Shown in pieces: positions 55,179-64,000 of a stretch of DNA of 64,000 nucleotides (positions are counted from its first letter, which is position 1; every line of letters starts with the position of its first letter). A program made the position numbers and the translations under genes. The notes under the pieces were generated by a model, which had not been told where the DNA came from, did no database searches, and saw nothing but the letters and a program-made list of their open reading frames with translations. The stretch is from Patescibacteria group bacterium (lineage in GTDB: Bacteria > Patescibacteriota > Minisyncoccia > Phycocordibacterales > UBA2100). The stretch is from the NCBI GenBank assembly GCA_021731295.1, contig JAKFXQ010000001.1:1636-65635 (forward strand). The letters are read 5' to 3'.

Positions 55179-56464
55179 GTATCGTGCAGAACGCAGAGGA
55201 ACTCGGCCGTACCGAGGGACGGCGAACGATGCTGCGCATCATAGAATCTGGACTGCGCGGAATCGATACCGACCACGTTGTGCGTTCAAGCGTGCACATA
55301 GACGGGACCGTACTCACGATTCGCCCGACGCACAGTCTCTCGCACCCAGACGCACACACCTACGACCTCGCCCATTTCGAACACGTCTACATTGTCGGCT
55401 GCGGCAAAGTGGCGTGCACAGCCGCCGCAACACTTGAGTCCATCCTAGGTCATCGCGTGAAAGACGGCGCGGTCGTTGGACTTTCAGACAACATTTGTGA
55501 AATCGTTTCCACCTACAAAGGTTCACACCCGCTTCCGTCGACACAAAATTTTCGCGCGAGCGAGCACATGAAGGAGATTGGGGCACAGATTACGGATAAG
55601 GACTTGGTCATCGCAGTCATTTCAGGCGGTGGTTCCGCAATGCTCTGTTCCAGCGCGGGCGAGTGCGACCAAGGAGCACGTCTGTATGATGCATTTCTTC
55701 CAACGGGAGGCACTATCGACGAACTCAACGTCGTGCGCCGCCACATCTCCGACCTGAAAGGAGGTGGGCTGGCCAAGGCGCTCTATCCAGCAACGGTGGT
55801 AGGCCTCATCTTTTCCGACGTTCCGGGCGGGAACCCGGAAACGGTCGCATCAGGCCCGACGTATCGTGATACAACAACCACCGAGGATGCACAGCGCATC
55901 ATCGCAAAGTACTCGCTCGGTGAGTATGCGCTGACCGAGACACCAAAAGAGGAGCGGTACTTTGAGAAAGTGACGAATGTCCTTCTCGCCAGCAACGAGA
56001 CAGCGCTCCATTCCATGGCACATGCAGCGCGCGAACTGGGCTTTCACGCGATTCTGCCGCAGTGTGACCCGTACAGCACACCTGATGCACTGGTCAGCTG
56101 CATGCTCGGCGCGTCGCAACCGCACGCAGTGGTGTTAGTTGGCGGAGAGCCACGACTCGCCGTTCCCGCAGTCGGCTCTGGCGACGGTGGACGCTGTAGC
56201 TATACGGCCCTCGCTGCGCTCGAAACACTCTCTGGACATCACGTCTTCGCGGCCCTCGCTTCTGATGGTCACGACAACAGTGTCCATGCGGGCGCTTTCG
56301 CCGATTCGCTCACACTCACCCGCGCGCACGAGCTGGGAATTACTCCAAACATGTACCGCCCATCACTCACTTCGAACGCCTTCTTCGCACAGACGCATGA
56401 CCTTATTGATACGGGCCCACTCGAATCGAATGTCTCCGATTTATTCGTCCTTCTGAGTGTATGA
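55175..56464 (+). CDS. Glycerate 2-kinase (MOFRL/DUF4147 family)
   Basis: GCGKVA, SHPLP, ISGGGSAM, VRRHISDLKGG, SDVPG...VASGP, GGE, ASDGHD, SNVSD. Confidence 0.88.
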   Translation: MSIVQNAEELGRTEGRRTMLRIIESGLRGIDTDHVVRSSVHIDGTVLTIRPTHSLSHPDAHTYDLAHFEHVYIVGCGKVACTAAATLESILGHRVKDGAVVGLSDNICEIVSTYKGSHPLPSTQNFRASEHMKEIGAQITDKDLVIAVISGGGSAMLCSSAGECDQGARLYDAFLPTGGTIDELNVVRRHISDLKGGGLAKALYPATVVGLIFSDVPGGNPETVASGPTYRDTTTTEDAQRIIAKYSLGEYALTETPKEERYFEKVTNVLLASNETALHSMAHAARELGFHAILPQCDPYSTPDALVSCMLGASQPHAVVLVGGEPRLAVPAVGSGDGGRCSYTALAALETLSGHHVFAALASDGHDNSVHAGAFADSLTLTRAHELGITPNMYRPSLTSNAFFAQTHDLIDTGPLESNVSDLFVLLSV

Positions 56465-57675
56465 ACGGCATCACCGCAATTCATGCTGAACGTATCCGCG
56501 ACTCACGCGGGAAGGCAACGCTGCGCATTATCGTTGAAGCTGGAGACGCACGCGGTGCGTTTGACGTGCCCAGCGGCGCATCCACCGGTTCGCGTGAAGC
56601 GCACGAACTCCGCGATGACGATGGCGGCGTTACCCGAGCCGTACATGCTGTCGAATCCGAGATTGCCCCCGCGCTCAGTGGCACCGACGTTACCAAACAA
56701 CGTGCACTCGATGAGCTTCTGATTTCGCTCGACGGCACGCCTCGCAAGGAGCGCCTGGGCGGTAATGCGCTCATCGGCGTCTCCATCGCCGCGGCGCGGG
56801 CCGCCGCCTCCTCACTACACATTTCCCTGGTCGCACACCTGCGATCGCTTGCGTCCATGATGCCATCGCGCGAGACACCGCGCCTTTTTGTTAATCTCAT
56901 TAACGGCGGCAAGCACGCCGAGGGCGGCTCCCCTATCCAGGAGCACCAGATTGTCACCGAAACGGATAACATCGCCCAAGCACTCCAGCAAGCAGAGCAG
57001 GTTGAGCGCGTTCTCGGAGACATACTTGAAGCTCGTGGCATTCTTGCGCGTCGCGGAGACGAAGGAGGCTACGCATTCTCCGTGAATTCCATAGACGAAC
57101 CGTTCGCGCTCCTCGGTGAAGCGGTGCGCACGTGTAATATCCCGGGACTCTCCCTTGGAGCTGACGCGGCCGCCTCGTCTTTTTTCAACGATGGCGCATA
57201 CCACGTTCTCGGCGAGTCGTACGATACGGCGGCACTGAGCGCGCACTATCGCTCACTGCATGAGACGCATGGACTCATCTTCCTTGAAGATCCATTTCAC
57301 GAAGACGCAGTACCAGACTTCGCTGCACTCAAAACGGCACAACCAGCATTCATTCTTATTGGCGATGACCTCACGACAACGAACGCGGAGAGTATTCGTG
57401 CAGCCGCGAAGCAGCATGCCATCCAGGCCGTCATCATTAAACCGAATCAAATCGGCACGCTCACGGAAACCATCGAAGCAATGAAAGTAGCGCGCGAGAA
57501 CAGCGTTCACTGCATCGTTTCCCATCGTTCTGGCGAAACACACGACGACTTCATTGCAGATGTAGCGTACGCCTTTGGCGCGTATGGACTGAAGGCAGGG
57601 GCCCCGTCTGCGCCTGAACGTAAGGTAAAATATGAACGTCTCGTCGAGATTTCTCATGATAGAGCGCACACATGA
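56461..57675 (+). CDS. eno: Enolase
   Basis: DSRG, VPSGASTG, LGGNA, NGGKHA, GDEGG, IKPNQIGTLTE, SHRSGET. Confidence 0.95.
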   Translation: MNGITAIHAERIRDSRGKATLRIIVEAGDARGAFDVPSGASTGSREAHELRDDDGGVTRAVHAVESEIAPALSGTDVTKQRALDELLISLDGTPRKERLGGNALIGVSIAAARAAASSLHISLVAHLRSLASMMPSRETPRLFVNLINGGKHAEGGSPIQEHQIVTETDNIAQALQQAEQVERVLGDILEARGILARRGDEGGYAFSVNSIDEPFALLGEAVRTCNIPGLSLGADAAASSFFNDGAYHVLGESYDTAALSAHYRSLHETHGLIFLEDPFHEDAVPDFAALKTAQPAFILIGDDLTTTNAESIRAAAKQHAIQAVIIKPNQIGTLTETIEAMKVARENSVHCIVSHRSGETHDDFIADVAYAFGAYGLKAGAPSAPERKVKYERLVEISHDRAHT

Positions 57676-58462
57676 CCGTTCGGATACACAGCTCATAGCA
57701 ACCATTGGGCCAGCATCTGGTGCACGCGAAAAAATTCGCATGATGCTGGATGCGGGTATGGACGTCGCGCGCCTCAACGGTGCGTGGGGCGACCATGAGC
57801 AGTATGAAAGCTTCATCGCGCCACTGCGTGCAGAAGCGCAGGCACTGAGACGAAACATACCCATCATCCTCGATCTTCCTGGGCCGCGCGTGCAAGAAGG
57901 ACAGGAACATCACGCTGGCACGGGACCACTCCTCACCGAACGAGACTGCGAGCACATCGCCTTCGGCGTGAAGCACGCGATCGAGTACTTCGCACAATCC
58001 TACGTAGGACGCGCGGAAGACGTGGAGCGACTCCGCGAAGAAATCACACGACACGGGGGGCGTGCGAAAATTATTGCAAAAATTGAACGTAAGGAAGCAC
58101 TCCAAGATATACAGGCAATCGTCCGAGTCGCTGACGCTATCATGATTGCGCGCGGCGATTTGGGGAACGAAATTCCACTAGAAACCATTCCGTTTGTGCA
58201 AGCAGACCTCATCAAGGCAGCGCGACGCGGCAAACGCCCCGTTATAGTGGCCACTGAAATGCTTTCGTCCATGGTTGACCAGGACCGTCCCTCGCGCGCG
58301 GATGTGACGGATATCGTCACTGCCGTCATGCAGGGAGCGGATGCCGTTATGCTCTCAAACGAAACAGCGACGGGTCAGTTCCCTATCGAGTCGGTTGATG
58401 CCATGGAAAAAACGCTGCTCGAAGCAGAGAAGCACATTGCGATTACCCGCAGACTCCTCTAG
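57656..58462 (+). CDS. pyk: Pyruvate kinase, minimal (A domain only)
   Basis: IATIGPAS, DLPGP, IAKIE, IMIARGDLG, ATEMLSSM, PSRADVTD, DAVMLSNET; 268 aa. Confidence 0.9.
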   Translation: MIERTHDRSDTQLIATIGPASGAREKIRMMLDAGMDVARLNGAWGDHEQYESFIAPLRAEAQALRRNIPIILDLPGPRVQEGQEHHAGTGPLLTERDCEHIAFGVKHAIEYFAQSYVGRAEDVERLREEITRHGGRAKIIAKIERKEALQDIQAIVRVADAIMIARGDLGNEIPLETIPFVQADLIKAARRGKRPVIVATEMLSSMVDQDRPSRADVTDIVTAVMQGADAVMLSNETATGQFPIESVDAMEKTLLEAEKHIAITRRLL

Positions 58463-59046
58463 TCAACGACGGGCAGTCCGCCAAAATCTTCAGTCCGGAT
58501 TTCTGCGTAGAGCGGATTCTTCTTCAGCGCGGGCTTTCCCTCATGCTCGACTACGTAGTACGCGAATCCGCGCATCTTTTTCACCATTTCGTAATCCGCG
58601 TGTCCGGGCATCGAAACCGGATCTTTGTCACCGAAATCAACCGGTGAGTCATCGGCAGTAACGAAGTACGTTTTCCCCACGTTTACCACAAGGTGGCCAT
58701 GCCCCGGTGCCATGTATACACTGTCACCCGCTTTCACCTGAATCGCCTTAAAGAGTTCGAGCTTTTCTGGAACCGACGCACCTCCCTCTTCAACCATTTT
58801 CTGAATGAGCGCAACGCCGTCACCGTGTAAGACCCAGTATGTCTCGTCCAACTGCCCAATGTGATAGTGACCGTACGTTTTTATGTATTCACCCGCAACG
58901 GTGCCCGGTTCCCAAACGGTAATGTTCCGCACGTCCTTCCCACCACGAATCATGTAGTAGTGCGTGTCGGGACCGTTCGCTGCCGGGTCCATCAACACAT
59001 CCTTCATCTTTTCGTGCGTTCGCACCGCTAAGTGTTCAACAGTCAT
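58459..59046 (-). CDS. Cupin-type (archaeal-like) glucose-6-phosphate isomerase
   Basis: PGTVAGEYIKTYGHYH, ETYWVLHG.G, PGHGHLVVNVG, KKMRGFAYY. Confidence 0.85.
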   Translation of the reverse strand: MTVEHLAVRTHEKMKDVLMDPAANGPDTHYYMIRGGKDVRNITVWEPGTVAGEYIKTYGHYHIGQLDETYWVLHGDGVALIQKMVEEGGASVPEKLELFKAIQVKAGDSVYMAPGHGHLVVNVGKTYFVTADDSPVDFGDKDPVSMPGHADYEMVKKMRGFAYYVVEHEGKPALKKNPLYAEIRTEDFGGLPVVD

Positions 59047-59068
59047 ATGTGCTAGTATCTCACCTTGT

Positions 59069-59776
59069 ATGAACCGATTGTACACGATTGCGACGAGTGA
59101 CACCCTGCGCAACATCTTTTTCTTTGCGCTTGCGCTCGGGTCGCTCTACGTCATTGCTCACGCCTTTGGTGATGAAAAGCTGCGAGCATTGGTACACGAC
59201 GCCGGCCCGTGGGGCTGGCTCGTCCTGATTGCAGCGAAAGCCTCAACAATGATTTTTGCACCGCTCTCCGGCGGATTGCTCTATCCGCTCGCTGGCTCAC
59301 TCTACGGATTCTGGACAGGCTGGCTTTTGGTCGTCATTGGAGACTTCATCGGGGGCACGGTTACATTTTGGATTAGTCGCATCTGGGGACGTGCCTTGAC
59401 CGAGCGCTTCCTGGGAAATGACACCGCCTTTCTCACGCGTGCACTGGAACTCATGGGCTCGTTGCGCGGGTTTCTCGTCGCCCGCGTCATGATGATATCG
59501 CTTCCTGAATTGGCGACGTACGCCGCGGGACTCACGAAAATCAATTACATTCCTTTCGTCATTATTCATGTGTGTGTCGGCCTCATTCCGAGCAGCATTT
59601 TGGTTGCGACCGGCGGGTACATCGTCGAAGGCAACTGGTACGGTACGGGGCTCACCTTGGGTGCCATGAGCCTCATCGGGGCGGCTGCAACGTACACATT
59701 CATGCGTGCAAATGGCATCGATTTGCTCTCCCCAGAGGTCCTGGAGGGGCGTGTTGCGAAAGATATTGACAAATGA
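59069..59776 (+). CDS. VTT/TVP38 (DedA superfamily) membrane protein
   Basis: AGPWGWL, APL, AGSLYGFWTG, FWISR.WGR, YAAGLT. Confidence 0.82.
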   Translation: MNRLYTIATSDTLRNIFFFALALGSLYVIAHAFGDEKLRALVHDAGPWGWLVLIAAKASTMIFAPLSGGLLYPLAGSLYGFWTGWLLVVIGDFIGGTVTFWISRIWGRALTERFLGNDTAFLTRALELMGSLRGFLVARVMMISLPELATYAAGLTKINYIPFVIIHVCVGLIPSSILVATGGYIVEGNWYGTGLTLGAMSLIGAAATYTFMRANGIDLLSPEVLEGRVAKDIDK

Positions 59777-59839
59777 TAGTATCGTTGCGGGGAAAGTTCA
59801 CCGTTTCATCTGTATCGGTTTGGCCTGGAGGACAAGCGA

Positions 59840-60304
59840 ATGCCTATCCACGAAAAACGTCTCGACGTCGCAACGGTTCTCGACATTGGGGTCGAGGCGC
59901 GCAACCTCGGATTTCTGAATGTGCAGAACATGGCAATCGCCGTGTTGGTGCACCAAGCACTCATCGGGCACCCACTCTTGCGTCTCCGACTGTACATGGA
60001 CGACCCGTACTGCGAAGATGTGGACGAGCACAGCGACCTCGTCTCCGTCTCGCTCACCCGTGGCGAAAAGAAGTTGCGGCTGCCCTTGAACATGCTGACG
60101 GATCGGGCCCGCAATGAATTCTTGCGGACACTGGAACCCGCGGAGCGACTGCCGCGCGAAGAGAGCACACGCCGGCCACAGCGCAAAGAAGCGGCATCTG
60201 AAGCTGCCGAACGCAGGCTCGCGAACAAGCTCGTTCAGTGCGCCGGTCAGATTCCGATGGGAATCGTCCGCAACGTGCGGGCCGCGGACATGGCGACAGC
60301 CTAA
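59840..60304 (+). CDS. Hypothetical protein (possible OB/S1-like N-terminus)
   Basis: SD GGAGG; TTGACA at 59766; terminator AAGGGCCGC/GCGGCCCTT at 60328-60359. Confidence 0.65.
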   Translation: MPIHEKRLDVATVLDIGVEARNLGFLNVQNMAIAVLVHQALIGHPLLRLRLYMDDPYCEDVDEHSDLVSVSLTRGEKKLRLPLNMLTDRARNEFLRTLEPAERLPREESTRRPQRKEAASEAAERRLANKLVQCAGQIPMGIVRNVRAADMATA

Positions 60305-60380
60305 CGAAGGAGACCACATCTCACACAAAGGGCCGCACCGGCAAAACCGGGCGGCCCTTCGAGTTTGTTGCTGATAAAGT

Positions 60381-62285
60381 CTACGCTCCTGGATTCGGCG
60401 TCACATTTTCTGCCCAGTCGGCGGCAGTATCCGTGTCCACAAGTGTCGTACGCGCAGTTGAACTGCCCGCAGGCATGATGGCGACGGATGGGTCAAACGC
60501 ACTTACGTCTGTCCCCCAACTCACGGAATCCACGAGTGCCGCCTCTGTGTTGCGAAGCTCAACGCGATCACCTATATTGCCGAGACCATTGCTGCCTATC
60601 GAGTTCCCAATCACATAGACCATCGTTCCTTCTGGGAATGTCCAGAAATCATCGGTCGTCGAAGTCGCCGTGACAATCATGTATTGCCCTGCAGCGAGCA
60701 CCGTTCCTTCTGTGAAGACGTCAGAGTTGGCCGCGTCATGAATGGCGTAGCCCGAGAGGTCGATGTCTGCATCGGTACCGTTGTGGATTTCGACCCACTC
60801 ATTACCAGGCTCTTCCCCCTGTCCTTCGCCGAGGTCATAGATAACTTCAGTGATAAGCAGGTCTCCCGGCACTGGTTCATCTGCCGGAGGAGTAAGAACA
60901 GTATCTATGACGTGAATGACACCGTTACTTGCTTCAATGTCGGTCACGATAATTTCGGCATCATTCACGAAGACACCATCCTCGTTTACCGTAATATCTA
61001 CCGTCTCACCAAGGAGTGTCGTCAGCATATCGGCAAGTACCACATTTGCCGCCATGAGTTTTCCGGAGACGACGTGATACAAGAGCACGTCTGTGAGTGC
61101 GGGAATGTCAGCGAGCAGTGCCGCAAGCACTCCTTCCGGTAACGCAGCGAATGCGTCATCAGTTGGAGCGAAGACCGTAAATGGTCCCGTGCCAGCTAGA
61201 TCATCGTCAAGACCTGCGGCGATAACCGCTGCCTCAAGCGTGTCGAACCTATCATCCGCGACGACAAGGGCCGTTATCGTCTGCAGGACTGGCTCTTCGG
61301 GAGCGATATCGTTGTTCGAAATCGTACAGATTTCCGTCTCGCCGTTACTTACCACAACATCCGCGCAGTTTTCATAACTCACCGCATATCCGTCCGCTGC
61401 TGTTTCAACAACGGAGTACGTGCCAGCATCTACCGACACGTCATTCTGTCCATCTTCCTCAAACGCAGTGGCCGAACCGCCGTTCACGCTGAACGAGAAA
61501 TCGCTCGCCATTGCATCGCCCTCGTCGTCGTTCACGACTACTTTCACGACACGCAGGGTACCCGGTTGGTCATCATTGGTTATCGTGCACGTTTTATTTT
61601 CGCCCAAAGCCACGGTGACTGTGCCGTCTGCGGCGCAGTCCCCTCCCCAGGTTCCGGCGGTATATCCCGCAATGTTAACCTCGCTTACCGTATGTGCGCC
61701 TACCGAGACAGTGTGCGCAACACTCCAAGACACGTTTACGTCGTCAATCTTTGCCTGGAACGCAGCGGCTGATGCGGCGCCACCGTCATCATTGACGACT
61801 GTCTTTGTGAGCGTGATGGTCGGCTGTGGAACCGGCTCATTGACCGTGACCGTAACGGATTTCGTCACGCTTCCTCCCGGGCCCGTGCATTCAAGTGCAT
61901 AGGTACTAGTTTCTTCCGGTGTCACTACTTGGTTGCCATCTGCTGTTTTTACGCCACTCCAATCGTTTGCTGCAGTGCACGACGTCGCATCAGTCGAATC
62001 CCACGTCAACGTGGATGACTCACCCTCCGTAATCGTCATCGGGCTCGCGCTGAACGTCAGCGTTGGTTCTTCTGGCGGTGGCGGCGGATTACAAATATCG
62101 GGATTGATAATCGGTTGCATCAGGCGGGCGCCAAGTCTGTCTTGTCGCTCACATAAACGTTCTACGATATCGGTGCCTGACCTATCTCCTCTCGCGTCGG
62201 CGAATAATGGAAGCATGCTCGCAAGAACGAGCAGACTTATGGTGAGCACGGTCCCCCGACGCGCTCCGAAACGTATATTGCCCAT
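60381..62285 (-). CDS. Secreted protein with Ig-like/prealbumin-like, fasciclin (FAS1) and lamin-tail domains
   Basis: [13 protein letters not shown]...LLYHVV...[13 protein letters not shown] (FAS1); LLITEVIYD...NEWVEIHN...DLSGY...TPNPG (LTD). Confidence 0.88.
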   Translation of the reverse strand: MGNIRFGARRGTVLTISLLVLASMLPLFADARGDRSGTDIVERLCERQDRLGARLMQPIINPDICNPPPPPEEPTLTFSASPMTITEGESSTLTWDSTDATSCTAANDWSGVKTADGNQVVTPEETSTYALECTGPGGSVTKSVTVTVNEPVPQPTITLTKTVVNDDGGAASAAAFQAKIDDVNVSWSVAHTVSVGAHTVSEVNIAGYTAGTWGGDCAADGTVTVALGENKTCTITNDDQPGTLRVVKVVVNDDEGDAMASDFSFSVNGGSATAFEEDGQNDVSVDAGTYSVVETAADGYAVSYENCADVVVSNGETEICTISNNDIAPEEPVLQTITALVVADDRFDTLEAAVIAAGLDDDLAGTGPFTVFAPTDDAFAALPEGVLAALLADIPALTDVLLYHVVSGKLMAANVVLADMLTTLLGETVDITVNEDGVFVNDAEIIVTDIEASNGVIHVIDTVLTPPADEPVPGDLLITEVIYDLGEGQGEEPGNEWVEIHNGTDADIDLSGYAIHDAANSDVFTEGTVLAAGQYMIVTATSTTDDFWTFPEGTMVYVIGNSIGSNGLGNIGDRVELRNTEAALVDSVSWGTDVSAFDPSVAIMPAGSSTARTTLVDTDTAADWAENVTPNPGA

Positions 62286-62394
62286 ATGAATGGGTTAGTT
62301 GCGCGGCGCACACGCGCGGTTGCTAATACCTCATTCTACGCGCGCGCGATAGATGCATTTCGCATCGTGCTGTGCATAACTACAAGACGAGATC

Positions 62395-63510
62395 CTAGTG
62401 CCACTTACGCGCGATGTCCCATTTAAAACTTATTGCGACACCAAGCGCGAGGAAAATAAAGAAGGCGCGCGCCAGCCAGCCGACGATAGGGACAAACCAA
62501 ATGAGATAAAAGATTGTCGCACCCAAGGTAGTCGTCTTCCATGTCACTTTCGGGGCGTTTCCTGATATCCACGAGTATAAGAAGCTGCCAAAGAGAATCG
62601 GACCGATGAGGTGTGCGAATACGCCAAGGCCCAAAAATCCCAGAATGCCAAGAAGCCCGAGCGGTAAACCAATTATTGAAACGATGAGAATGATGGAAAT
62701 GACCGGAAGCACTATCATCGTCGCTAAGCCCAGCGCGAACTCCTGCACCGGTCGCGCCTTTGCGCGCCCAATAAGGTCAACCGCGTACGAATTGAAGAAA
62801 TACGAAATGACGAGTGAGCCAACAAGGAGCATTAGGAATTTGAGTACAAACCAGACGGATAGAAACGCGATGAATCCTTGTGCTGCTGCTTCCCTGACAT
62901 TCGGGCGCGGGGTGAACGTGACTTCGCCTGCAATGGTCGCGCCAGCCGCTTTCTGCATCGCGGAAATTGCCGAATAGCGCAGAGCACCAGCGAGAGATGC
63001 GCTGTCGGAGAGAATTAGTTTTTCCGCATCGATGCGCGCATCGCCGCCGACGGACGAATTCAGCTCCACCGTCCCTCCGCCCGCGTACACGTCGCCGCGA
63101 ATCGGCGTATCTATGCGGACCGTTCCTCCGTATGCAACGACATCGCCGGCTACTGGCCCCGAAACCAAGACGTGCCCGCCGAAAACAAGAAGGTCTCCGC
63201 CGACTGCGCCGTGGATGGTGACGTTCCCACCAACAATGCGCACATCGTCCGTCGTCGTTCCCACCGTCGTGACACCACCTGCGGCGATGAACATATCGCC
63301 AGTGACAAGTCCTTGAGACAGCACCTGACCACCGGTGGCGAAAAAGTCGCCACGCACCGTACCTAGTTGCGAGACGGCACCGCCAGCAGCATACAAATCA
63401 TCAACAATCGTTTCTGACGCGAGCAAGCTGACTTGGTCTGATGCCCGCATCTCGAATGCTGCTGCATACAGAGGTGCGATGAAGGAGAGGAGTATCGCGA
63501 GACGTACCAT
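62395..63510 (-). CDS. Membrane protein with beta-helix (bactofilin-like) repeats and a C-terminal TM bundle
   Basis: Repeated GD..(A/V)GG.V...G.V units; C-terminal hydrophobic helices with SIIGLPLG and VPIVGW. Confidence 0.8.
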   Translation of the reverse strand: MVRLAILLSFIAPLYAAAFEMRASDQVSLLASETIVDDLYAAGGAVSQLGTVRGDFFATGGQVLSQGLVTGDMFIAAGGVTTVGTTTDDVRIVGGNVTIHGAVGGDLLVFGGHVLVSGPVAGDVVAYGGTVRIDTPIRGDVYAGGGTVELNSSVGGDARIDAEKLILSDSASLAGALRYSAISAMQKAAGATIAGEVTFTPRPNVREAAAQGFIAFLSVWFVLKFLMLLVGSLVISYFFNSYAVDLIGRAKARPVQEFALGLATMIVLPVISIILIVSIIGLPLGLLGILGFLGLGVFAHLIGPILFGSFLYSWISGNAPKVTWKTTTLGATIFYLIWFVPIVGWLARAFFIFLALGVAISFKWDIARKWH

Positions 63511-63556
63511 CCCCGCACTATAGCAAAGCTGTCATCCGCGGACTACACTATTGAGC

Positions 63557-64000
63557 GTGACATTCTTCGAGAGCATCATTCTGGGAGTTGTCGAGGGTCT
63601 GACCGAATTTCTACCGGTTTCCTCCACGGGCCACCTCATACTGACATCCAGCGCACTCGGCCTGCCGCATACGGAATTCGTGAAGAGTTTCGAGATTGCC
63701 ATTCAGCTGGGCGCCGTACTCGCCGTGCTCGCGCTTTTTCCGCGGAAGTTCCTGGATATCGAGGTACTGAAGCGGCTCGTTGTCGCCTTCGTCCCGACTG
63801 CTGTCATCGGCCTTGTGGCCTACGAATTCATCAAGGGGTATCTGATTGGTAATGAGCTCGTCGTCGTTATCGCGCTCGCATTCGGCGGACTCATCATGAT
63901 TGCATTTGAATACCTGCGGCGCGACGCGCCGGAAGGTACGAGCAAACTGAGCTATCGTCACGCCGCACTCATCGGCATATTCCAGTCTTTCGCCGTTGTG
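63557..64000 (+). CDS. uppP: Undecaprenyl-diphosphate phosphatase (5' part; runs off the window end)
   Basis: Translated by hand: IILGVVEGLTEFLPVSSTGHL, FEIAIQLGAVLAV, IGIFQSFAV; absent from the ORF track because no stop lies in the window. Confidence 0.93.
   Translation, partial: MTFFESIILGVVEGLTEFLPVSSTGHLILTSSALGLPHTEFVKSFEIAIQLGAVLAVLALFPRKFLDIEVLKRLVVAFVPTAVIGLVAYEFIKGYLIGNELVVVIALAFGGLIMIAFEYLRRDAPEGTSKLSYRHAALIGIFQSFAVV

Overview
The window is bacterial chromosomal DNA using the standard genetic code (TGA acts as a stop). Gene content and style suggest Patescibacteria/CPR, probably Parcubacteria; this is an inference. From 0 to 18 kb lies mostly core machinery: tRNA-Pro, tRNA-Val, greA, a PBP2-mreD-mreC-mreB block, proS, rseP, frr, a holB-like gene, a second mreB, purM, def, fmt, hpf and tRNA-Asn. 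From 18 to 43 kb is an accessory region of small single genes and surface proteins (pilin, cohesin-dockerin, CAP, HYR/Ig-repeat, SET, HIT, GFA). From 43 to 59 kb is a carbohydrate and fermentation cluster (two GH15, GH57, GT4, ROK, GH1, CarS-like, 2-hydroxyacid dehydrogenase, glycerate kinase, enolase, a minimal pyruvate kinase, cupin PGI). Surface proteins and a truncated uppP follow. The most notable observations are: (1) a tightly packed operon beside tRNA-Asn with four small related HTH proteins, two of them missing from the ORF track, plus one two-domain protein; (2) a promoter- and terminator-bounded structured RNA candidate of about 170 nt with three CCCCCC loops; (3) a duplicated tRNA 5' half split by a perfect 20-bp palindrome; (4) widespread leaderless -10-to-start architecture, contrasting with self-contained orphan cassettes. 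I saw no CRISPR array, rRNA, integrase or transposase. All family assignments come from motif recognition by eye, not database searches.
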